DNA of 64,000 bases, taken from a virus. Below the pieces are notes generated by a model. That model did not search any database, was not told where the DNA came from, and saw only the letters and a list, made by a program, of their open reading frames with translations. This document shows, one piece after another, positions 49,326 through 59,381 of the stretch (within the stretch, counting starts at the first letter, position 1; each line of letters opens with the position of its first letter). The DNA lies in the IMG/VR virus record IMGVR_UViG_3300035183_001163, positions 1 to 64,000 of that record; one strand, written 5' to 3'. Made by a program: the position numbers and the translations under genes.

Positions 49326-51709
49326 CCGCGGCCGCGCTCCCCGGAGACGCGCTCCTCCAGCCCGAGGAGTTGCGGAAGCGCATCGAGCAGATGACCGAGG
49401 GCCGCGAGGCCATCGTGAAGCTCCACGTCCTCGGCCGCGACGCCGACCGCGCCGGCGTGATGAAGGACGCCGGCCCCGACGGCATCATGGAGTCCAACGC
49501 GCTCCCGACCGTCGACGACGTGGAAAAGCGCTTCGCCAACGCCGGAGCGCTGGAGCCGCCGTACAACCCGAGCACGCTCACCGCGCTCGTGGAGCATTCC
49601 AGCGCGCTGCGCCCGAACGTCGACGCGTACGTGACGAACATCGACGGCTTCGGCCACCGTTTCGAGCCCATCATTGACCTCGACGCGCCCGACGCGCGGC
49701 TCCGTGTCGCTCGCGTCATCGAGCTGGAGCGGGAGGCCGCGCTCGCCGACCCGACGGTCACCGCCGAGCAGGCCGCCACGCTCGTCACGATGGTCGACCC
49801 GAACGGGGACGAGGTCACCGCTCGGATGCAGGAGATGGCGGAGTCGATGCGCGCGGAGAAGGCGCGCGTGGAACAGTTCTTCAACTTCTGTTGCGAGGAC
49901 CTCTCCTTCGTCGCGCTCCGTCGCCGGCTCCGCCAGGACCTCGAAGTCATCGGCAACGGCTACCTCGAAGTCCTCCGCAACGGGCTCGGGGAGGTCGCGG
50001 AGTTCACCTACCTGCCGGCGTTCACGATGCGGCTCATGCCGCAGGACACGAGCCCGACGGAAGTGACGCTCAAGGTGAAGGCCACCGAGGTTACCTACGT
50101 CAAGAAGCCCAAGCGCAAGAAGTTTCGCCGCTTCGTCCAGGTGTTCGAGCAGTCCACCGTGTTCTTCAAGGAGTATGGGGACCCGCGCGTCATCTCGTCC
50201 AAGACGGGCAAGGTGTACGAGAGCGTCGACGTCCTCAAGGCGGCGGAGGAAGGCGTCTCGCCGGCCACCGAGGTGCTCCACTTCAAGGTCCACTCGCCGC
50301 GCTCGTCGTACGGCGTGCCGCGCTGGATTGGCGTGCTCCTCGCGGTGCTCGGCTCGCGCCAGGCCGAAGAGGTCAACTACCTGTACTTTGAGAACAAGAG
50401 CGTCCCGCCGCTCGCGTGTCTCGTCTCCGGCGGCCGGATGACCGAAGAGTCGGTGAAGCGGCTGGAGAGCTACATCGAGACGGAAATCAAGGGGAAGAAA
50501 AACTTTCACAAGATGCTCATCATCGAGGCGGTGAGCGACGGAGCGGCGAACGCGCTCACGGGCGCCGCCGCGCAGGCGAAGGTGGAGCTGAAGCCGCTCA
50601 CGGAGGCCCAGAACAAGGACGGCCTCTTCATGGACTACGACGAGCGGAACACGGACAAGGTCGGCATGGCCTTCCGGATGCCGCGCCTGCTCCGCGGAGA
50701 CATCCGCGACTTCAACCGTGCGACGGCGGAGGCCGCTCTCGAATTCGCGGAGCAGCAGGTGTTCAGCCCCGAGCGCGAGGACTTCGACTTCCTCATCAAC
50801 CGCAAGCTCTTCTCCGACCTCGGCATCCGTTACTGGAAGTTCGTCTCCAACGCTCCGTCGATGACGGACCCGCAGCAGCTCGCGACCATCATCCAGCTCC
50901 TCGCCGACGCGAGCGTCATCACGCCCGAGGAGGCGCGACAGATTGCCGAAAAGGTCTTCAACAAGGAGCTGAAGACGCTCGACGCCGCGTGGGTGAAGCA
51001 GCCCGTTCAGCTCACGCTCGCCGGCATCCCGGTCGAGGAGAACGGGGAGCTGCGCGGCCCGTGGGTCGGCGGCGAAGCGGACGAGCTGGTCCCCGACGAC
51101 GCCGCGGCGCAGAGCATCCTCACGCCGACCGCGATGGGCAACGTCGTCACGGTCAACGAGGCGCGCGCGGCGGCCGGCCTCGGCCCGAAGCTGCTCCCGG
51201 ACGGCTCGCCGGACCCGACCGGCGAGATGACCGTGTCGCAGTACATGTACAGCGGTGGCTTCGGCGGCTTCCCGCCGCCGGCCGGGGGCCTCCCGCCGAC
51301 CGCGGGGATGGCTGGCGCCATCGCGGCGCGCCACCCCTACGCGACCGCCGCGCAGCCCGTCGCGACGCCGAAGAGCGACGACGGCGGCCCGAACCTCGGC
51401 GCGAACAACGTCCCCGACGTCGGTGGGACGCTCGCCGGGGCCGACCTCGCCCAGGCCGGCGGCCTCCAGCCCGCGCAGGGCAAGCGCCCGAAGTTCAGGC
51501 GCCTCCGTCCGTCGCTCGCCGACAAGGCGCGCGCGCTGCTCCAGGTCCGTAACGCGCTGCTCGCGGAGGAGTCGAAGCAGGCTCGCGCGGAGTTCATGGC
51601 CGCGAAGCGCGCGGAGATGAGCCCCGAGGCGCGCGTGCGCGCGGCGAAGAGCCTCCTGGCCGACCCCGGCGTCCTCGCGGCCATCTCCGATGACGAGCCC
51701 CGCGGCTGA
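49322..51709 (+). CDS. Portal protein (PBSX/XkdE-like) with low-complexity C-terminal extension
   Basis: EPPYNP, DLEVIGNGYLEV, EVLHFK, YGVPRW, YFEN..VPP, AFRMP..L.G..FNRATAE. Confidence 0.88.
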   Translation: MTAAALPGDALLQPEELRKRIEQMTEGREAIVKLHVLGRDADRAGVMKDAGPDGIMESNALPTVDDVEKRFANAGALEPPYNPSTLTALVEHSSALRPNVDAYVTNIDGFGHRFEPIIDLDAPDARLRVARVIELEREAALADPTVTAEQAATLVTMVDPNGDEVTARMQEMAESMRAEKARVEQFFNFCCEDLSFVALRRRLRQDLEVIGNGYLEVLRNGLGEVAEFTYLPAFTMRLMPQDTSPTEVTLKVKATEVTYVKKPKRKKFRRFVQVFEQSTVFFKEYGDPRVISSKTGKVYESVDVLKAAEEGVSPATEVLHFKVHSPRSSYGVPRWIGVLLAVLGSRQAEEVNYLYFENKSVPPLACLVSGGRMTEESVKRLESYIETEIKGKKNFHKMLIIEAVSDGAANALTGAAAQAKVELKPLTEAQNKDGLFMDYDERNTDKVGMAFRMPRLLRGDIRDFNRATAEAALEFAEQQVFSPEREDFDFLINRKLFSDLGIRYWKFVSNAPSMTDPQQLATIIQLLADASVITPEEARQIAEKVFNKELKTLDAAWVKQPVQLTLAGIPVEENGELRGPWVGGEADELVPDDAAAQSILTPTAMGNVVTVNEARAAAGLGPKLLPDGSPDPTGEMTVSQYMYSGGFGGFPPPAGGLPPTAGMAGAIAARHPYATAAQPVATPKSDDGGPNLGANNVPDVGGTLAGADLAQAGGLQPAQGKRPKFRRLRPSLADKARALLQVRNALLAEESKQARAEFMAAKRAEMSPEARVRAAKSLLADPGVLAAISDDEPRG

Positions 51710-52760
51710 CCTCTACGTCGCGGGCGCCGAAGCGGCGGAGGACGTGCTCAAGCGCGTCTTCCTCGTCGACGTCCGCAAGGCGCTCGACCCGCTCGACCCC
51801 GGCGACTTCCTCGTCATCATCAAGCGGCTCCAGGACGCGCTGCTCGGGCTCACCGGCCCCGCCGAAGCCGCTGCGATGGCGCGCGCTCTCGACGCGCTCG
51901 ACATCGACTGGACGACGGCATCGGCAGAGAAGCAGGAAGCGGTCATGCGCGCGGCCAACCGCGCGCTCCAAGACACTCCCAAGGCGGTGCTCCCCGCCAT
52001 CCAGACCACGTTCAAGGGCGCGTACACGCGCGTGGCCGGCGGCGCGCGCACGAGCGCCAAGGCGACGTTCGGGCTCGACGTGAACGCGAGCCTCACCGTC
52101 ACGGACAAGAAGGTGGCCGCGCACGCCGCGAAGGCCCAGGCGCACTACGTCCGCGACGAATACGGGGCGCGCGCGGACAAGGCGAGCGAGCTGGCTCGGA
52201 AAGTCGTGGCCGAGGGTCTCAAGAACGGCCTCGGCCGCGTCGAGATTGGCGGCGAGATTGAAGCCGCGCTCGTGAAGATGAACGTGAACCGCTCGCGGGC
52301 CTACTACAACATGGTCAGCAGCGTGTACGCGGGGCGCGCGCGGCAGTTCGGCTCTCTCCGCGCGTACGAGGACGCGGGCATCGAGCGGTACATGTTCGAG
52401 GCCGTGTTGGATGAGGTCACGAGCCTCCAGTGCCGCTTCATGCACGGCCGCACGTTCGACGTCGTGAACGACCTGAAGCGGTACAAGAAGGTGGCCGCGT
52501 CGAGCGACCCCGAGGACGTCCGCTTCATCCAGCCGTGGGTGAACGTCGGCAAGGACGAGAACGGCGTGGAGTACCTCTACACGAAGAACCGGGACGGCTC
52601 GCGCGACCGCCTCGCCGACGTCGTGGATAACGCGGTCGGCAATCTCGACGACACCGGCTCGTTCAACACGCGCCTCTCCGACGCGCAGCTCCAGGCGAAG
52701 GGCTGCACCTGCCCACCGCTGCACGGCAACTGCCGCTCGACCATCCTCCCGCTCGTGTGA
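51690..52760 (+). CDS. Head morphogenesis protein (SPP1 gp7 / Mu gpF family)
   Basis: AVLDEVTS..CRFMHG, PPLHGNCRSTILP; follows portal. Confidence 0.88.
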   Translation: MTSPAADLYVAGAEAAEDVLKRVFLVDVRKALDPLDPGDFLVIIKRLQDALLGLTGPAEAAAMARALDALDIDWTTASAEKQEAVMRAANRALQDTPKAVLPAIQTTFKGAYTRVAGGARTSAKATFGLDVNASLTVTDKKVAAHAAKAQAHYVRDEYGARADKASELARKVVAEGLKNGLGRVEIGGEIEAALVKMNVNRSRAYYNMVSSVYAGRARQFGSLRAYEDAGIERYMFEAVLDEVTSLQCRFMHGRTFDVVNDLKRYKKVAASSDPEDVRFIQPWVNVGKDENGVEYLYTKNRDGSRDRLADVVDNAVGNLDDTGSFNTRLSDAQLQAKGCTCPPLHGNCRSTILPLV

Positions 52761-52802
52761 AGGGGATACCGATTCTCTCACGCACGTGATACCGTGCGCA
52801 GC

Positions 52803-53135
52803 ATGCACGAACGCGGTGAGGTCGTCCGCTCGCTCGTCTCCGGTCCCGACTTCGGGCGCATCGTCGTCGCGGTCGTCGCGAGCGTGGAGCTGTCGTTCCT
52901 CGACGGCGCGCGCACGACGCGGAGCGAGATTCGGCGGCGCACGGACATGTGCTGGGACCTCGTGAAGCGCCTCCGCGGTGACCTGAAGTGGTCCGTGCCG
53001 AAGATTCTCGACCACCTCACCGCGTATCTCCGATGCGAGCTGGACGGCATCCCGTACAACCCCGAGGCTACGGGGAACGTCTGGACGCCGGACACGCTCG
53101 CGGAGAACGCCGCGGCTTTGACCGGGCGCGGCTGA
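52803..53135 (+). CDS. Hypothetical protein
   Basis: TGaTACCGT-N7-ATG; codon usage. Confidence 0.55.
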   Translation: MHERGEVVRSLVSGPDFGRIVVAVVASVELSFLDGARTTRSEIRRRTDMCWDLVKRLRGDLKWSVPKILDHLTAYLRCELDGIPYNPEATGNVWTPDTLAENAAALTGRG

Positions 53136-53169
53136 GCCTGTACCTTCACCGACGAACAGGAGAACCGAC

Positions 53170-54291
53170 ATGACCATGGCCGCCCCCACCGCTCACGCTG
53201 CTCCGCCTCCGCCCGCCGCTGGCGGTGCTCCGCCTCCGGCCGCGCCGCCCGCTCCCGGAGCCGCGACGGGCGCCGGGCCGGTGGCCGCGCTCCAGCAGGC
53301 CGCGACCAAGCTCCAGGCCCTCATCCAGGCCGCGACCGCGAACGGCGGCGCGCTCCCGCCGACGGCCGCGACGGAGGTGCCCGCCATCATCGCCGCGCTC
53401 CAGGGCGCGGTCCCCGCTGGCGCCGGCGCTCCGGCGCCCGCTGCTCCGCCGGCCGGCGCCGCTCCGGGCGGCCCGCTGAAGCCGCCCCCGCCGGGCGTCG
53501 GCAAGGCCGAGGGCGAGGTCCAGAAGATGGAGCTGGACGAGTTCACCGCCATCAAGGTGACGCTCGACGCCGCGCGCGAGCGGCTCTGGGGCGTGTCCGA
53601 CGCGCTCCGCGAGGGTGACACCGACAAGGCCAAGACGGAGCTGAAGGGCGTCGTGTCGATGCTCTCCGGCCTCAAGGGAGACGCGATGAAGAGCACGGAA
53701 GTGAAGATGGACAAGGCGCTCTTCGCGTCCTGGACGGCCTCCCAGTTCGAGGCCATCAAGGCGGACGACGAGGAGACGGCGAAGGCTCGCCTCGCGTGCG
53801 TCAAGCGCGTGACCGCCATCGCGAAGGCGTCGTGGGAGGCCCAGAAGGAGGGCACCGCGCCGTTCACCGTCGAGATGGAGGCTGCGTTCGCGCCGCTCCC
53901 GGAGAAGACGATGGGCGACCTCACCGCGACGAAGGACCAGAGCGAGAAGGAGACCCCCGCGGCCAAGGACAAGGTCGACGGCCAGGGCTCCTTCGCGCAG
54001 AACCTCGGCGAGGTCATCAAGGACGTCCAGTCGGCGCTCTCGCTGACCGAGCAGCCCGGCCCGAACGCCGCGAACATGGCGTTCAGCAACCCGCCGGCTC
54101 CCGCGAAGGACCCGACGGCGAAGAGCGACACGACCAAGACGGAGAAGGCCGACCCCAACGCGCCCTTCGTCTGGCCGATGGACATGAACGACCCCGAGCC
54201 CGGCCTCCCGTTCGAGGAGAAGGCCGAGCCGGCGAAGCGCCCCGCGGACGCCGACGACGGCTGGGGGCGCGACCCCTGGGCGACGAAGTGA
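53170..54291 (+). CDS. Pro/Ala-rich head-associated protein (scaffold-like)
   Basis: AGGAG RBS; in head module; WPMDMN motif shared with 55940-56947. Confidence 0.6.
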   Translation: MTMAAPTAHAAPPPPAAGGAPPPAAPPAPGAATGAGPVAALQQAATKLQALIQAATANGGALPPTAATEVPAIIAALQGAVPAGAGAPAPAAPPAGAAPGGPLKPPPPGVGKAEGEVQKMELDEFTAIKVTLDAARERLWGVSDALREGDTDKAKTELKGVVSMLSGLKGDAMKSTEVKMDKALFASWTASQFEAIKADDEETAKARLACVKRVTAIAKASWEAQKEGTAPFTVEMEAAFAPLPEKTMGDLTATKDQSEKETPAAKDKVDGQGSFAQNLGEVIKDVQSALSLTEQPGPNAANMAFSNPPAPAKDPTAKSDTTKTEKADPNAPFVWPMDMNDPEPGLPFEEKAEPAKRPADADDGWGRDPWATK

Positions 54292-54318
54292 CGTGACCCC
54301 GAGCCGAGGAGCTTCCCG

Positions 54319-55899
54319 ATGACGACGAAGCGCACGAAGACGAAGAAGGCCGCCGCGGGCACGACCACGTCGCCCGCGACGAAGCCGTCCACCCTCGTCC
54401 CGGCTCCCTACTCCGGCTTCGCGCCGGAGGCGGGGACGAAGCCGTGCGGCCCGCTCGTCGCGTCGAAGCTCCTCGGCAACGAGGTCTGGGAATTCGACCT
54501 CACCGGCATCCCGAAGGGGCTCGCGAAGACGCTGCCCATCGCGGTGTCGCTCGGCACGCGCGCCTACCCGGTGCGCCAGACGGAGCGCCTCCACACGGAG
54601 AAGTTCCAGGCGACGGTCACGCCGGGCATCGCCACCGCCGACTTCCGTGAGTTCTTCCTCGCGAAGGGCTCCGAATGTAACGGCACCCTCCAGCTCAAGC
54701 GGCGCGCCGACGGCTGGGTGGCCTCGATGGCCAAGAGCCTCGTGCCCTACGTGCTCACGAAGCAGGCCGTGGACGCCGGCGTCATGCCGCCCGAGGGCTG
54801 CTCCGCGCTCCCGCCGTCGCTGGAAGCCGTCGTCCCCTACGCGCTCCGATACTGGACGCTCAAGGGCGACGACGCGCGCCGCGTCCGGGACGCGCTCGTC
54901 TCCATGGAGCTGTTCGCGGAGCCGCTCGTGAAGATGGTCGACGGTGAGCACCGCCTCTGCGTGTCGAAGCTGTACCTGTACGAGCCGACCGAGGAGGAGC
55001 TGGCCAAGACGGAATTCGGGCTCCCCGACCCCGGGCCGACGTTCCCGGGCTACGCGTTCAAGTGCGAGCGGTGCGACGAGCCCGCGAGCCGCGCGCTGGA
55101 GCTGCTCGCCGACGCGGTCACGAAGCGCGTCGAGCGCGAGCTGGTCTGCGGCGACTGCGCGACGAAGGCGCTCGTGTCCGCCGACGAGCCTCTCCCCGTC
55201 GTGAAGGCGACGAGCGTGGAGGAAGCGTTCGCGGCGAACGAGGACAGCATCATCGGCCGGACGGTCACCGTCACCGCCGACACCGGGGAGAGCGCGGTCG
55301 GCAAGGTCCTCGCGGAGGCGATGGGCAACGCGCTCGTCCTCTTCGAGGATGGCGAGCGCCGGATGGTCGCGCGCCACCGCTGCTCCGACCCGCGCGACAC
55401 CGCGACGAAGGGGCTCCTGCCCGTCTCGCTCCGCGGCATCCCGACGGAGAAGGCCGAGAAGCCCGCCGACCCGCTCCAGAAGTTCCTCGGGCGCACCGTC
55501 CGCTTCGCGAAGGCGAAGGCCGGCGACGAGAAGGCGACGACGGAGGAGCGCTTCGTCTACGGCATCGTCCTGGAGCCCGAGACGGTGGACGCCCAGCAGG
55601 ACATCTACTCCGCGGACGAGATTCGGAATGCCGCTCACGCGTTCATGGAGAAATTCCGGACGATGGGCTTCATGCACAAGGGCGCCATCAACGACAAGGT
55701 GAAGATTCTGGAGTCCTTCATCGCACCCGTCGACTTCGAGGTGGACGGCGCGCCGGTCAAGAAGGGCACGTGGGTCATGGCCGTGAAGGTCGTGGACGAC
55801 GAGCTTTGGACCGCGGTGAAGGGCGGCGACATCACCGGATTCTCTATCGGGGGCTCCGCCATTCGGAAACCCGATACCGGAGCCACGCAGGCGGCTTGA
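54319..55899 (+). CDS. XkdF-like prohead serine protease with long N-terminal extension
   Basis: VYGIVLEPETVDAQ.D, EIRNAAHAF, MH, ESFIAP, KKGTWV, GDITGFSIGG. Confidence 0.85.
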   Translation: MTTKRTKTKKAAAGTTTSPATKPSTLVPAPYSGFAPEAGTKPCGPLVASKLLGNEVWEFDLTGIPKGLAKTLPIAVSLGTRAYPVRQTERLHTEKFQATVTPGIATADFREFFLAKGSECNGTLQLKRRADGWVASMAKSLVPYVLTKQAVDAGVMPPEGCSALPPSLEAVVPYALRYWTLKGDDARRVRDALVSMELFAEPLVKMVDGEHRLCVSKLYLYEPTEEELAKTEFGLPDPGPTFPGYAFKCERCDEPASRALELLADAVTKRVERELVCGDCATKALVSADEPLPVVKATSVEEAFAANEDSIIGRTVTVTADTGESAVGKVLAEAMGNALVLFEDGERRMVARHRCSDPRDTATKGLLPVSLRGIPTEKAEKPADPLQKFLGRTVRFAKAKAGDEKATTEERFVYGIVLEPETVDAQQDIYSADEIRNAAHAFMEKFRTMGFMHKGAINDKVKILESFIAPVDFEVDGAPVKKGTWVMAVKVVDDELWTAVKGGDITGFSIGGSAIRKPDTGATQAA

Positions 55900-55939
55900 C
55901 GAGATAGGCTGTTCCGTAACACACTGGAGCCCGTAAACC

Positions 55940-56947
55940 GTGAGCGACGCGAAGCAGGACCCGAAGCAGGTACACCGCCTCACCGACATGACGGTGGAGG
56001 AGGTATCGGTCGTGGACCGCGCCGCGAATCGCCGCAAGTTCCTCTTGGTCAAGCGCGAGGGTGATATGGCAATCGGCTCCGAGGTCGTGCAGAACGCGGA
56101 TGGCAGCTTCACGACCAAGCCGGCGGCCGCCGCTCCCGCGAGCGGTGCTCCGGCGGCGACGGAGACGACCGCGCCCGACGCGACCACGAAGACAGCGGCG
56201 AAGATGCCGGCCGAGGCCGCGACGACCTTCCAGGAGGTCGTGGACGGCGCGCTCGACGGTCTGACGAAGGCGAAGAGCCTCCTCACGTCCGGCGGCGAGA
56301 CGGAGAGCATCATCGACCAGCTCGTGACGACCGCGGACGACATCGCGGACGCCGTCCTCGCGTTCCTCGGCATCGAGGACCCGGGCAACAACAACGGCGT
56401 CGTCCCCGCGACGGAGCCGGCGGCGCCCGCGGGCATGGGCAAGCGCCTCGAAGTGCGCCGCGCGAAGCGCATCGTGGCGAAGGCCGAGGGCGAGAAGGCC
56501 GGCCACGCGCTCGTCCAGAAGGTCGGCGCGAAGATGGCGAAGGACCGCCTCGACCGGCTTCAGGCCGCGTACGCGGCGCTGGGCGACATCCTCGCCGAGG
56601 TCCTCCCGAAGGTCGTCGACGACACGCAGAAGGCGAAGGGTGCTCCCTCCGCCGGCGTCGCGGAGCAGGGCGCGGGCGAGAAGCCGGCCACCCAGCCTAC
56701 CGTCCCCGAAAAGAAGGGGACCAAGAAGAGCGTGGAGCTTCCCGCCGAGGTCCAGAAGGCCCTCGACGACGCGGCGAAGACCATCAAGAAGCAGGCGGAG
56801 CAGCTCGGGGCGCTCCGCAACGCGACCCAGGCGTCCAACGGCGCGCAGGTCGACGTGCAGAAGTCTCGCGGCGAGGAAGTCTCCTGGCCGCTCGACATGA
56901 ACGAACCCGTCACCGCAGAGACCGCAGGAAAGGAATTCTTCGGCTGA
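55940..56947 (+). CDS. Scaffold-like protein carrying the EVSVVDRAAN protease strand
   Basis: RLTDMTVEEVSVVDRAANRRKFLLVK; coiled coils; directly upstream of capsid. Confidence 0.7.
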   Translation: MSDAKQDPKQVHRLTDMTVEEVSVVDRAANRRKFLLVKREGDMAIGSEVVQNADGSFTTKPAAAAPASGAPAATETTAPDATTKTAAKMPAEAATTFQEVVDGALDGLTKAKSLLTSGGETESIIDQLVTTADDIADAVLAFLGIEDPGNNNGVVPATEPAAPAGMGKRLEVRRAKRIVAKAEGEKAGHALVQKVGAKMAKDRLDRLQAAYAALGDILAEVLPKVVDDTQKAKGAPSAGVAEQGAGEKPATQPTVPEKKGTKKSVELPAEVQKALDDAAKTIKKQAEQLGALRNATQASNGAQVDVQKSRGEEVSWPLDMNEPVTAETAGKEFFG

Positions 56948-56980
56948 CCGGGCCACGGCGGCGAAGACAGGAGAACCACC

Positions 56981-57928
56981 ATGACCATGGCAGCCCCCGT
57001 CACGGACAACCGCAGCATCCTCGCGAAGGCCGACATGGCGCTCGCGGACCTCACGACCTCCGGCGGCCTCCTCCAGCCCGCCCAGGCGGCGAAGTTCATG
57101 CGCATCATGATCAAGTCGTCGCGCGTGCTCGGCATGAGCACGGTCGTCCCGATGCGCAGCCCCAAGCAGCTCATCGAGAAAATCAAGTTCGGCTCGCGCA
57201 TCCTCCGCGCGGGCACGGAGGCGACGGCTCTCGCCGCGGGTGACCGCGCCAAGCCCGACCTCTCGAAGGTCGAGCTGAACGCGCAGCTCTTCAAGGCCGA
57301 GGTCCGCCTGGACAACGAGGTCCTGGAGGACAACATCGAGCGCGCGGAGCTGCGCCAGACCATCATGCAGATGATGGCCGAGCGCATCGCCCTCGACACC
57401 GAGGAGGTCGTCGTCAACGGCGACACGACGAGCGCGGACCCGTTCCTCGCGAAGTTCGACGGCATCATCAAGCAGGCGACGAGCCACGTCGTCGCGGCCG
57501 GCGGCGCCATCTCCACGACGGTCCTCCGGAACATGCTTCGCGCGATGCCGAGCGAGTTCCTCCGCGACAAGCGCGCGCTCAAGTTTCTCACGTCCGTCAA
57601 CGCGGAAATCAAGTGGCGCGACGCGCTCACGAGCCGCCAGACGGTCGGGGGCGACAAGTACATCGAGCAGGACGTGCCGTCGATGTACAACGGCATCGGC
57701 ATCGTCGACGTCCCGCTGTTCCCCGAGAACCTCGGTGGCGCGGACACGACGAACATCATCCTCACGGACCCGAAGAACGTGAACATCGGCATCTGGCGGA
57801 ACATCCGCGTCGAGACGGACAAGCTCGTCTCCGAGGGCGTTCTCATCATCGTCGCGACCCTGCGCATGGACTGCAAGTACGCGCACGAGGACGCGGTCGT
57901 GAAGGCCACGGGCGTCACCACGGTCTGA
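56981..57928 (+). CDS. Major capsid protein (HK97 fold, XkdG-like)
   Basis: [38 protein letters not shown]; AGGAG RBS; position in module. Confidence 0.9.
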   Translation: MTMAAPVTDNRSILAKADMALADLTTSGGLLQPAQAAKFMRIMIKSSRVLGMSTVVPMRSPKQLIEKIKFGSRILRAGTEATALAAGDRAKPDLSKVELNAQLFKAEVRLDNEVLEDNIERAELRQTIMQMMAERIALDTEEVVVNGDTTSADPFLAKFDGIIKQATSHVVAAGGAISTTVLRNMLRAMPSEFLRDKRALKFLTSVNAEIKWRDALTSRQTVGGDKYIEQDVPSMYNGIGIVDVPLFPENLGGADTTNIILTDPKNVNIGIWRNIRVETDKLVSEGVLIIVATLRMDCKYAHEDAVVKATGVTTV

Positions 57929-57976
57929 CCTCCGGTCTGACCTCAACCTCGAACCGGAAGAAAGCGAGAACAGACC

Positions 57977-58291
57977 ATGGCACTCGGAAACCTCACCATC
58001 GTGGAGCGCGTCGACGCCGTCGGCCCCGTCTTCCACTTCCGCTGCACCCTCGTCGGGGACGGCGCGTACCCCGCGGGCGGCTCGACGGGCCTCCTCGCGA
58101 AGCTGCGCGCCGCGACGGGGATGCCGAACCTCAACATCATCTCCGTCAAGGACGAGGGCATCCTGGCGGATGCGGCGGAGTACGACCACGCCAACGAAAA
58201 GCTCTTCATCCGCGTCAAGGCGACCGGCGTGGAGAGCGCGGTGGCGAACCAGTCCGGCGTCACGTACGGGCTGTACATCGTCGCGAGCTGA
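57977..58291 (+). CDS. Putative capsid decoration protein
   Basis: Follows capsid gene; GDGAYPAGG; function is inference. Confidence 0.5.
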   Translation: MALGNLTIVERVDAVGPVFHFRCTLVGDGAYPAGGSTGLLAKLRAATGMPNLNIISVKDEGILADAAEYDHANEKLFIRVKATGVESAVANQSGVTYGLYIVAS

Positions 58292-58336
58292 ACGGCGCAC
58301 GAGAGGCTTCCTAGTCTCTCAGTTCTGTCGTAGTGT

Positions 58337-58382
58337 ACGGGGCGACTCCGCTGTCACGCGCGGGGCGCCCCGTTTCGCTTTT
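58337..58382 (+). terminator. Possible intrinsic terminator after capsid genes
   Basis: ACGGGGCG/CGCCCCGT stem with inner stem, followed by TTCGCTTTT. Confidence 0.4.
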
Positions 58383-58398
58383 CCCCAGGAGACCACCC

Positions 58399-59348
58399 AT
58401 GGCCAAGACCCCCGACACGCTGCTCGTCCGCCTCAAGCCCTTCAACCCGCGCCGCGGCTACGTCATGAAGACGTACGTGGACGGCCAGACGGGCGCCGTG
58501 TTCAAGGAGGACCGCGGCTGGTACGAAGTGGACGCCGCGTACGGCGAGAGGCTGCGCGAGGTCCGGAGCGAGCCGCTCAACGAGGAGAGCCCGCCGGCTT
58601 TCGACGTCTGCACGAAGGCCGAAGCCATCGAGCTGGAGCGCCGCCAGAAGCAGGCGGCCGCGGAGCGCGCGACCGCGCTCGACCCGCGCTCCGTCGAGGG
58701 CGCGAGCCGCGACCACCTCGGCGGCCGTGTTCCGCGTCAGCGCGATGCGAAGACGAACGCCATCACGACCGCGGACCTGCCGGAGAACCAGCCGCCGCTC
58801 CGCGGCCCGCTGCTCGACGAACCCGCCGACGAGAGCGACCTGGACTCCGAGGACCTCGCCGCCGACGTCGCGGCGTCCGCTCCGGTCCCCGGCACGCCCG
58901 ACGCGCCGGCGAGCAACCCGCCGAAGACGAAGCCGCGCAACCGCACGAACAAGCCGCCGACTGTCCCCGGCGCTCCCGACGCGTGAGCGGCTCCCCGCGC
59001 CTCCCCGTGGAGCTGACCGTCTCCGAGGTCGCGGCGCTCGCCCGGCTTCGGAGCGCGGTCGCGGAGGACTACGCGCTCCGGCTCCCCCACGCCCTCCGTC
59101 AGAGCCTCGCCGCGCGCGGGGCCGACGGGACGCTGCGTCAACGGGTGCGCGAGCTGCTCAAGACGACCGAGGCCGACGGGCTCACCGGAGAGGACCAGCT
59201 CGTCGCGGTCGTCGGGCTCGCGCTGCTCGACGAGGCGGAGCAGGTCGCGACCGCGCTCCGGGACGAGGCGAAGAACCAGCGCGGGCTCGCGCGCTCCGCC
59301 GACGACGCGGCCATCATGGTCGGCGCGGCGGGGCCGAACCCCGGCTAG
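58399..59348 (+). CDS. Two hypothetical genes (58399-58986, 58983-59348)
   Basis: AGGAG RBS; GTGA overlap. Confidence 0.55.
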
Positions 59349-59381
59349 GACAACGCGCGCGCGGCGTGCGATACTGCCGCC

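Noticed and set aside
53146-56472. Very long minus-strand ORFs (also 35664-38567, 38577-41390, 2098-4446, 55844-58300)
   Set aside because: Antisense shadows of GC3-rich plus-strand genes; Arg/Ala/Gly-rich with no motifs
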